Assembly (NCBI GenBank): GCA_950097015.1
Contig: CATNEN010000012.1
Span: 3,224,001 to 3,288,000 of the forward strand
Reading direction: 5' to 3'
DNA: 64,000 nucleotides
Source: Macrostomum hystrix
Taxonomy: Eukaryota > Animalia > Platyhelminthes
In this document: positions 27,920 through 38,309 of the stretch, piece by piece
Layout: each line of letters begins with the position of its first letter
How positions within the stretch are numbered: position 1 is the first letter of the stretch
Position numbers and translations under genes: made by a program
The notes under the pieces: generated by a model
Database searches by the model: none
Told to the model about the DNA's origin: nothing
What the model saw: the letters and a program-made list of their open reading frames with translations, nothing else

Positions 27920-30596
27920 CTACTGACTGTGCGGTCAGGTGTCTCTGCTGGGTCTTATAGATTTGCTGACAGCTGCTTTTAGGAGCACTATGTGGCTTTC
28001 TCTTGAAGATATTGAATTAAAATGTTGGAATTTTCTTTTCTAAAAGTTGGACAAAAATTATTCTATTGTTGGCAATCCCAAGGCGCGGTTGGCTTGACAA
28101 AAAAGTTTTTCTCCTGAGAGTAAATTTAGGGACGCTGATCAGTGGCTGCCACTGAGGGACAGAAAATGTATATCTAGATCTAGACTCTCGTAGAAGAGAA
28201 ATGCTTTTCCGCTGCGGGAGAGCTTGCAAAACGCCGGTGTGTGTGCTTGCTTTGAAAGCCTCTTAAAACTGCAAGATCGAGGCTTGGATTACGAGTGAGA
28301 GCTGCCGGGTACAGCTGGGGGAGAGGCTAGCAGGAGGATACACAGAGCAGTAGAGTTCAGTTTCTGCCATCGACTGTACTGCATGGGATCGGGAAGCGAG
28401 TAGCTGAGGGATAGAGGGGAGAAGAAGGGGATTGGGCCTAGAGAGCTGGGAGAATCCATTCCGATCCTTCTGTCCTCCTATCCGAGGCCAATCGATAAAT
28501 ACTGGCCTGGGCCGTACTTTTCGGTTTTCCACATCCCTTCATTTTCCTCCATGCAGTCTCCCTCTTATTTTACGGTTTTCCTAATTTTTGCTCCCCTCGT
28601 GATGCGGGAGAATCGCGGGCTGCAAAACAAGTTAATGGGGAACTACATCAATCACAAACTGGACTCGGGAATCCGGTGAAAACGGTCTCCCCAGAAACTC
28701 AATTTAGTTGGCTATAGCATATATAAATAGTGACCTGGGTTATTCGGATATGCGCTATAGTCCTTAAACCAACGCCTATAGCCCGGAGATATTAGCGCTC
28801 GCGTATATTATAAAAAAGTACATGTAATGAACAAATTCTATCCCAAAGTAGTTGTCCAGTCATATAGACATGAACAAACAACTTCCCGCCCAAGGACAAC
28901 TAGGAGTAGACCTAGTAGATCTAGTGGTCCTTGTTCCAGTCATGCCAGGAGCATTATTGAAGGAATAAAGAAAATCTAGACTGGGGCAAGAATACATGCG
29001 CAATAAATATAAAGCGCAAACTTGTGAGTACCCAGCTATTCCTTCGTCTTTCATTTTTTATTTAATTCTTCGTTATAGCTGGTTATATATTTTTTGTTGC
29101 ACCCAATTGAGATTATATAGACAAATACTTTTTCAAGTAAAAAAATTCCATAAGAAAATTACAGGGATCGATCCTAACAGTCTTTATACTGCGTTGTATA
29201 AAATAATGGGAGGAGAACACATGTGAGATGATAGACATAAAGATAGAGATATTATAGAGAATAAGATAAAGATTGATTTGAAGTACTTTGTAGTAATTGT
29301 TTTTTTACTTTGCTTAAGTAAATAGGCATGATCTAAGCTAACTTAACGGCTTGAAGGGTAGAAAATTTTGCATTACATTTAAACAAAGTTTGTGTGCGGT
29401 AAAAAATTAAAGCTTTAAAGGCAAAAATACATAGAACCCAATTGACAAAATATAAAACCTGAAGCCAATAAATATAATAACTCTCGTACACATGAACGAA
29501 ACAAGTATAAATAACTTGCGACCGATTTTAAAAGCTCATTACAGTTTCTTTTATTGAAATTGATTTCTACATATTGATAAATTTTAATATTGTCCTATAG
29601 CGTTTAAATAACACGCCAACGCGACAATGCAGTGGTAAGGTTAGATCGATCTCCCGACTTCCTAAATGAGCTGTCTGTAACTTATAATGCTTAAAATACG
29701 TACTTAAAACGTTTTGAAAGCAAGTAATAAAAACTGATTATTAATATTTGCATGTGTACTTTTAATTTTAATTAGGATCTAATAAAAATACTCCTCCAGT
29801 AAAAAAAACATTTTTATTTTGGCACTAAATATCAGATGACGTAGAACATTCTTCTGTTCCATAACCAATGTAATGTATGGATATCCCTGACATTTAGTAG
29901 TTAGAAAAATTAGAAAAAAATTGTCGCTTTGATCTTGTGAATTTGCAACCTAAAGCATTCCATTATTTGTGACTAAGAAAATCAATTTATTAACTTAACA
30001 TATTTCAACGTTTTATAGTGTATTTAATGGAGAAAACTTTCTCAGAAAAATAATTTCTACATTTCAAAACAAAATCGATATTTCTTAGTTAAAGCTTGGC
30101 TTAAACTTCAGATTGCAAAGCTATTGCTAAAAGTCAATTGAAAGAATCTAAATCCCCCGAGTAAAATATCATCATCTAAAAATGACTTCACCCTCAAAAT
30201 CCTTAAATAATTTTTATAACTTAAAATACCCTCTTTAATGCTAAAAATTCTCTCAAATATTACATTCTATTGTTTTTGTATGCTTTAACAATGTTACTCT
30301 AGTGACTCTTGTAAGTAAGCAGAGTCTAAACCTCATTTGCGTGCTAGGAACGAAAATTTTCAAATAGAGAATGCATAATTGTCTACTGCTAGCCGGGACT
30401 ACTACAAACATGCAATAGAAAATAAAAGTTTTTATATTGGAATAGGAAATTAGTTTTTTGTCAAAACGGTTCAGTCTTTGTCAGTCTTTAAATTAGTTGA
30501 CTTAATAAATAATTATATAGTTTAATGCAAGCAATCATTTTCAGCTATCGGTCGCCACACGAGCTCCAGTCGTTTAACATAAATTTGGGTCGAGAA

Positions 30597-33500
30597 ATGT
30601 CGGACTCGGAGCGGATCTGGAAGTACGGCCACCTGCAGCAGAGGCGGAGCAGCTCTAGAAAAGATCGATGCCAGCGTCGCTTTGTCCAACTGCTGGCCAA
30701 CTGCGTGCGAGTCTACGAGGACGACAGCCTGCGGCGACTGCGGCATCAGGTGCGTAATGGAAAGGTTATATTGCGACCGAGTGTACGCGCATTTTAACAG
30801 AAGGTACGGTAAACCCGAAAATTGCACTCAACGTGATCTTGAACTCTTGGCAACTCGATACATTTTATTATGGGGATATCGTCAGTTTTATAAATGCGTT
30901 TGCTTTGGCCGATCTGGCCAAGCAGCAAATTCGAGATAAATATAATTATATAATAAGTTCATAGATTCATCGTCTAGCCCGAAACCGTATTGTACAGGAG
31001 ATATTGGAGAGTGCGTTATTGTCATTTTCTCAAAGCATTCCATCCGAGCCAATTAGAAATCGAAAATCCCAGTAGAAATCACAATTCTCCCATACATAAT
31101 AAATTAACAATGCTCCAACTCGCATTCAGCCCGCACTGGACAGCGTGGACATTGTTGAGCACAGTGAAGTTGTGTTCGAACTTGCCAGGCGTCGGGACGC
31201 TGCCAGCAGTGTCGTCTCACTAATGTTCACCGCGGAGGACTCCAAACAGGCGGCCTGCTGGCTCAAGGAGCTGTACTGGCTGCGCTACAGAGCCCGCGGC
31301 GGTGGCATATTCGGCCGCAGCCTGTCGGATGTTATGCGGGCGCAGGTGAGCGGCAGATTGCTGAGCAGATGACTGTGAGTGCAGTCGCCCACTAACTGTA
31401 TCCCGTCATCACATATCATACTCACTGCTCACTACCCACCACCCACTCCCTGCTCACCCGCCACCCGCCATTCACTCCCTGCTCAACAACTATTCTTTCC
31501 TGCTCACCTCCATTCTTTCCTCCATTCACTCATTGCTCACCCCACCACCCACTGATTGCTCACCCCTCCACCTACTCACTGCTCACCCCACCACCCACTC
31601 ACTGCTCACCCCTCCACCTACTCACTGCTCACCCACCACCCAATCCCTACACACCGACATATGCCACCCACCGCCATGTGCCGAACCTGTCAGGTTGACG
31701 CAGGCGGCCTCACAGACGTGCCTCAAATAGTGTTCGACTGCGTCTCCTACCTGTCAACCGAGACCTGCTTGTGCACCGAGGGCATATTGCGCAAGTCCGG
31801 CCAGAAGAAGGTCGTGACGGCGCTGCGGCTGGAGTATCAGCGCGGCGAGTCACCCGACCTGACCTCGTATAGCCCGCACGATGCCGCCTCCTTGCTCAGA
31901 ATTTACCTGAGCGAGCTGCCTGAACCCGTGGTTCCGTACGTTGCTTATGCCAGCTTTCTCACTGCCGGCCAGAAGATCAACTTGGGCGATGCGAACTCGG
32001 AACTGGACAACCTGCAGGTGTGCGAGGCTCTTTATTCTTATCTACGAGTATGTTATTATCAGTAGCTTTTTTCTCACAACCTGTGCCAATGCAGGAAATG
32101 GTTCGAATCCTCCCAGTTGAGAATCGGAACCTGCTAAAACTTCTCTGCTGCATGTTCCATCTAGTGCAACAGAAGAGCGACCGCAACCTCATGGATGCTA
32201 CCGCCCTTGCCACGCTGTTCTCATCCAGTGTGCTCAGCGATGAGAACGACCGTCTGCTGGTGAGATATGCCACTTTTTGTTTCCCAGCGCATGTTGCTAC
32301 GTACATATCTTGCCATCCCTGTCTCTCCTCATCTTTCTCTTCCCACCTGTCTCTTCCCATCTGTCTCTTCCCACCTGTCTCTTCCCACCTGTCTCTTCCC
32401 ACCTGTCTCTTCCCACCTGTCTCTTCCCACCTGTCTCTTCCCAACTGTCTCTTCCCACCTGTCTCTTCCCACCTGTCTCTTCCCACCTGTCTCTTCCCAC
32501 CTGTATCTTCCCACCTGTCTCTTCCCAACTGTCTCTTCCCACCTGTCTCTTCCCACCTGTCTCTTCCCAACTGTCTCTTCCCACCTGTCTCTTCCCACCT
32601 GTCTCTTCCCACCTGTCTCTTCCCACCTGTCTCTTCCCACCTGTCTCTTCCCACCTGTATCTTCCCACCTGTCTCTTCCCACCTGTTTCTTCCCACCTGT
32701 CTCTTCCCACCTGTCTCTTCCCACCTGTCTACTCATCTATGCCTGACTCTCTATCTCATCTATGCCTGACTCTCTATCTCATCTATGCCTGTCTCTCTAT
32801 CTCATCTCTGCCTGACTCTCTATCTCATCTTTGCCTGATTCTCTATCTCATCTATGCCTGACTCTCTATCTCTTCTATGCCTGTGTCTCTCTATCTCATC
32901 TTTGCCTGATTCTCTATCTCATCTCTGCCTGACTCTATCTCATCTCTGCCTGACTCTCTATCTCATCTCTGCCTGACTCTCTATCTCATCTATGCCTGAC
33001 TCTCTATCTCATCTCTGCCTGACTCTCTATCTCATCTCTGCCTGACTCTCTATCTCATCTATGCCTGACTCTCTATCTCATCTATGCCTGACTCTCTATC
33101 TCATCTCTGCCTGACTCTCTATCTCATCTATGCCTGACTCTCTATCTCATCTCTGCCTGACTCTCTATCTCATCTCTGCCTGACTCTCTATCTCATCTCT
33201 GCCTGACTCTCTATCTCATCTATGCCTGACTCTCTATCTCTTCTATGCCTGTGTCTCTCTATCTCATCTTTGCCTGATTCTCTATCTCATCTATGCCTGA
33301 CTCTCTCTATCTCATCTCTGCCTGACTCTCTCTATCTCATCTATGCCTGACTCTCTCTATCTCATCTCTACCTGTCTCTATCTTGACTTATCCGCAGGGC
33401 GGTCCAAAGACGCAGAGTGGAGGCGAATGTCACCTATTCCGCTAACTGTCTGTCTCTTTCTTATCTCAGCTCAATCTTTATCTTATCTCTATCTGCCTGT

Positions 33501-36500
33501 CTCTCTAACTCATCTTTATGTCTCTCTCTCTGTCTCTCTGTCTCCTTCTTAATTTGTTTTTTAATTTATTTTGTCTCCTTCTGTCTGCCTTTTTGTTCAG
33601 TCACTCACGCATTGTCTTGAATTCTTATGCAACAAATTGAGTCCTCGCAGTAAGAGCCCGTTCATACGGCTGTGAGCCAATTCAGGCCGAGAGTCAAAAT
33701 ATATTTAAGTTTAACAGAGCGATAAGGAAGGGGGGTTGGCGGTACGATAACAAGAGTGCGCGACTGAGGGTAGGAGAGGAGGCTAGAACGTGAGCGGCGG
33801 ACCAATCAGAGAGGAGGAAAGAAAGAAAGGATAGAGAATGAGAGATCAGCCGCAGAGATAACGAGAGAGAAAGAACTAGATTGAACTGGACGATGTAAAC
33901 AAGAAAAGTGCAGAGAACCAAAGAGTGAATAGAGGACAGAAGGCAGAGACGAAAGTCGCGACACTCCCCCAAAAAATGTAACATTTTTTTAGAACAAGAG
34001 GTTAGAAATAACTTAGTTAGATTCTCCATAGATTTACATTCTGATCTGCAAAACAGGCAAATTAAAGCAGAGATCAGACTCTGAAGAGCTTCAAACAAAT
34101 AGAGTTGTGAATACACAAAACTAAAACTTTTACGAATTCTTGCAGACGTTGATTTTACACACAAGCCTCGACGCGTAGAGTAGAGCCACAACTCTCCCCC
34201 CGAAATTGAAGAATGTTTTAATCGAAACTTTCAAATTAAAAACTAATTTAACGAGAGAATTTCGCCCTATAAGGAAAAAACAATAATGCATTTAACGAAC
34301 AAATATCAATTGATGTCTACAATATTATACTCGTGCAGACTATTGCGAAACGAGGGAAGGCTAACGAGACAGACACCAACATAGGTTCTTCGATAAGTTA
34401 AATAAATTTTACGTTTTGAAACAACGAAGCATTTGTTGTAGAAAATGAAAAAAAAGATTTTTTTTCGAGCGTCCACAAACAAATAACGAAATGGAGAATA
34501 TGAAACTCCTGCCGGCACTGCCAACGTAATGTAATGAAAACGAGCGAATGAATCGTGCGGCAATCCTGAAGAACGAATGTGAGACTAGGAACCGGCGGTC
34601 ACCACACGGGACGAAACTGGGGCGAGAAAAGATGAGACGAGACGAGGCTAGACGAGACGAGTCCTGTGGCGATCCCGGCGAACGAATGAGAGACCAGGAA
34701 CCGGCGGTCGCCACATGGGACGAACTGAGGCGAGACGAGACGAGCTGAGACGAGACGAGTCCTGTGGCGATCCCGGCGAACGAATGAGAGACCAGGAACC
34801 GGCGGTCGCCACATGGGACGAACTGAGGCGAGACGAGACGAGCTGAGACGAGGCGAGTCCTGTGGCGATCCCGGCGAACGAATGAGAGACCAGGAACCGG
34901 CGGTCGCCACATGGGACGAACTGAGGCGAGACGAGACGAGCTGAGACGAGACGAGTCCTGTGGCGATCCCGGCGAACGGATGAGAGACCAGGAACCGGCG
35001 GTCGCCACATGGGACGAACTGAGGCGAGACGAGACGAGCTGAGACGAGGCGAGTCCTGTGGCGATCCCGGCGAACGAATGAGAGACCAGGAACCGGCGGT
35101 CGCCACATGGGACGAACTGAGGCGAGACGAGACGAGCTGAGACGAGACGAGTCCTGTGGCGATCCCGGCGAACGAATGAGAGACCAGGAACCGGCGGTCG
35201 CCACATGGGACGAACTGAGGCGAGACGAGACGAGCTGAGACGAGACGAGTCCTGTGGCGATCCCGGCGAACGAATGAGAGACCAGGAACCGGCGGTCGCC
35301 ACATGGGACGAACTGAGGCGAGACGAGACGAGACGAGACGAAGATCGTTTTATGCAAAATCAATACAGGCCGGCGGACGAGAACGACGCTGATGAGATGA
35401 AATCCAGAAGGAGCTGGCAGAAAATAATTCTACATTTGGGTTCGATTTCGTTCGGGCGCCATGTCTTGAATTCTTATGCAACAAATTGAGTCCTCGCAGT
35501 AAGAGCCCGTTCATACGGCTGTGAGCCAATTCAGGCCGAGAGTCAAAATATATTTAAGTTTAACAGAGCGATAAGGAAGGGGGGTTGGCGGTACGATAAC
35601 AAGAGTGCGCGACTGAGGGTAGGAGAGGAGGCTAGAACGTGAGCGGCGGACCAATCAGAGAGGAGGAAAGAAAGAAAGGATAGAGAATGAGAGATCAGCC
35701 GCAGAGATAACGAGAGAGAAAGAACTAGATTGAACTGGACGATGTAAACAAGAAAAGTGCAGAGAACCAAAGAGTGAATAGAGGACAGAAGGCAGAGACG
35801 AAAGTCGCGACACGCATTCACCCAGTCACTGACACATTCATCTAGTCACTGACACATTCATCTAGTCACTGACACATTCATCTAGTCACTGACACATTCA
35901 TCTAGTCACTCACACATTCATCTAGTCACTCACACATTCATCTAGTCACTCACACATTCATCTAGTCACTGACACATTCATCTAGTCACTCACACATTCA
36001 TCTAGTCACTCACACATTCATCTAGTCACTCACACATTCATCTAGTCACTGACACATTCATCTAGTCACTCACACATTCATCTAGTCACTCACACATTCA
36101 TCTAGTCACTGACACATTCATCTAGTCACTGACACATTCATCTAGTCACTCACACATTCATCTAGTCACTGACACATTCATCTAGTCACTCACACATTCA
36201 TCTAGTCACTCACACATTCATCTAGTCACTGACACATTCATCTAGTCACTCACACATTCATCTAGTCACTCACACATTCACCCAGTCACTCACACATTCA
36301 TCTAGTCACTGACACATTCATCTAGTCACTCACACATTCATCTAGTCACTCACACATTCATCTAGTCACTGACACATTCATCTAGTCACTCACACATTCA
36401 TCTAGTCACTCACACATTCATCTAGTCACTGACACATTCATCTAGTCACTCACACATTCATCTAGTCACTCACACATTCACCCAGTCACTCACACATTCA

Positions 36501-37332
36501 TCTAGTCACTGACACATTCATCTAGTCACTCACACATTCATCTAGTCACTCACACATTCATCTAGTCACTCACACATTCATCTAGTCACTCACACATTCA
36601 TGGCATGAGTGTGCAGTTAGGCTTCAGAGTCCATCAGCTCGGCTTCTCCATCGGCAGGTGAACGCGGAGATGGCGCTGGATCCGCAGCCGCGCGTGCTTG
36701 CCGTCAGCACCATCACGGCCCTGATTGAGCACTACGAGCGAGTGTTCGGTGACATCCGATTTGAGCTGCTGACGAGGAGGTCTGTCACTCCGCCTCTGAT
36801 GCAGACTCAGAAGGCACAGAAGAGTCTCCAGCAGCTGCCGCACGTGCCATTTCAAAACTCTGTTAACAGCCTGCCGGCGCTGAGCCCCACCTCAATCGCC
36901 GAGATGCAGCGGGCCCTGACCTCCATCACGCGGCTCTACCGCGAGAAGGCCGAGGAGGCGTTCAACTTGACTCGGGAGCTTGTGGCGCTGAAATGCCGGC
37001 TGGCCGCGTGTCCAGACTGTCAGCGGCATGTGCTGGAGGCCGCTAGCGAGAAGGCGCCACCCGGCTCAGTGGCGGCGGTCGCAGTCGCCTCAGCGACGGC
37101 CTCTGCTGCGGTCTCGGCTGAGACCGGCTGCGGGACTTGCGCCTTCTTCCGGTCAGAGACCGCCTGCATGCGGACGGTGATCAACGAAATGGGCGCCAAG
37201 TTGCGGACTCTGCAGTCAGAGAACGATGCCCTGTACAAGATGCTGCTGGCTTTCAACGGAAGCGGCGGCGGAGCTGCCGCGGCTGGCGCCACAGCTGCTG
37301 GCAACAGTAGCGGCAGTGACCAATCCCGATGA
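30597..37332 (+). CDS. PH-RhoGAP-coiled-coil protein, ARHGAP22/24/25 (FilGAP)-like, ~510 aa
   Basis: Exons 30597-30749, 31130-31345, 31694-32017, 32095-32259, 36658-37332, all GT-AG phase 0. PH end FTAEDSKQAACWLKEL then GGGIFGRSL; GAP motifs EGILRKSG, AASLLRIYLSELPEPVVP, NLMDATALA, LIEHYERVF. Confidence 0.9.
32330..33380. repeat. Pyrimidine-rich arrays (14-bp CCCACCTGTCTCTT, then 23-bp CTCTATCTCATCTATGCCTGACT) in RhoGAP intron 4
   Basis: Direct reading. Confidence 0.95.
33627..33670 (-). ncRNA. Flatworm spliced-leader-like sequence inside the 3' LTR
   Basis: GCCGTATGAACGGGCTCTTACTGCGAGGACTCAATTTGTTGCAT; 37/44 identical to the Macrostomum lignano SL as recalled from memory (CCGTAAAGACGGTCTCTTACTGCGAAGACTCAATTTATTGCATG), not database-checked. 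Confidence 0.75.
34585..35341. repeat. 98-bp GC-rich tandem array (~7.7 units) inside the LTR element
   Basis: GTCCTGTGGC recurs at 34661, 34759, 34857 and onward with period 98. Confidence 0.95.
35476..35519 (-). ncRNA. Flatworm spliced-leader-like sequence inside the 5' LTR
   Basis: Same sequence as the 3' LTR copy. Confidence 0.75.
35818..36600. repeat. 20-bp minisatellite TCTAGTCACTCACACATTCA in RhoGAP intron 4
   Basis: Direct reading. Confidence 0.97.
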
Positions 37333-38009
37333 GTAATTTGCTGTCAGACTGTAACTGTAACTGTCTTTAATTGTGACTGTCTGTAACTGTGACTGTCTGT
37401 AACTGTGACTGTCTGTAACTGTGAGACTAACTGTGAGACTGTAACTGTGACAGTCTGTAACTGCGGGACTGTATCTGTGAGACTGTAGTTATGGCTCAGT
37501 TAATTATAAGACTGGTTATACGAGTCTGAAATTTCGCTTACGTTCCAATCCTGTCTTCTGCGCTGTTAAGTAGCTCGTGGCTACAATATTCAATATTCTA
37601 GGAAGCATTTCTGACAAAAAAGCTTTTGCTGTCTACTGCACGCTTATGCTATTCGGGTGCTTTCGATTTTGAATCGAGCTAAAACCTGTAGTAATTGCTG
37701 TCCGATATGTTTTGTTGAACTTTTTCTTACTAGACAATGCTGATGTATATTCCAGATTTTCAATCACTATTTCAGATTCAAAGCTATTACGTAGTTAATC
37801 TGATTTTATTTCATTATTTGCTAATTCCGGCCAGATCTTTCTGTGAAACGAGTTTTGCTTTAATGTGTGTTTTTTGCTTATCTTAACTAAACATTTTGCA
37901 AACTCGCTGTCAATACACTGTTCAACCTGTAACTATAAGCTAATTTGTAGTTTTTGACAAATGCTATTTGAGCTTCAGGCCTCCTAATTACCACAGAAAT
38001 CTTAGAGCC

Positions 38010-38255
38010 CCCCAGATCATGCAGCTGACCTCCACTGACCTCCCAGATCTTTTAGACGACCTCCCAGATCATCCAGTTGACCTCCACTGACCTCCCAGAC
38101 CATACAATTGACCCCCCGTGACCTCCCAGATCATGCAGTTGACCACCGCTGACCTCCCAGATCATACAATTGACCCCCCTGACCTCCCAGATCATGCAGT
38201 TGACCCCCCTGACCTCCCAGATCATGCAGTTGACCACCACTGACCTCCCAGATCC
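38010..38255. repeat. Degenerate CCTCCCAGATCATGCAGTTGACC repeats
   Basis: Direct reading. Confidence 0.85.
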
Positions 38256-38309
38256 TGGAGTCACTGTCCACCTGTCAAATTTCAGTTTCGCGGCTCCAGC
38301 GCATGATTG

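Larger units (their letters stand above)
33613..35812 (-). mobile_element. Non-autonomous LTR retrotransposon (TRIM/LARD-like), 2.2 kb, antisense in RhoGAP intron 4
   Basis: 351-bp LTRs at 35812-35462 (5') and 33963-33613 (3'), identical by eye, TGTCGCG..AAGACA. TSD CGCAT at 33608-33612 and 35813-35817. PBS TGGCGCCCGAAC immediately after the 5' LTR; PPT GGGGGAG abutting the 3' LTR; no gag/pol. Confidence 0.95.

Noticed and set aside
34661-34760. Canonical hammerhead ribozyme in the 98-bp unit
   Set aside because: Core is CTGA-GACGAGAC-GA and GAAC rather than CUGANGA and GAAA; kept only as a hairpin finding
34585-35341. CRISPR-like array
   Set aside because: Units are contiguous and near-identical with no unique spacers; eukaryotic context
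34409-35489. Arg/Ser-rich ORFs inside the LTR element
   Set aside because: Products of the 98-bp array; no Gag or Pol motifs
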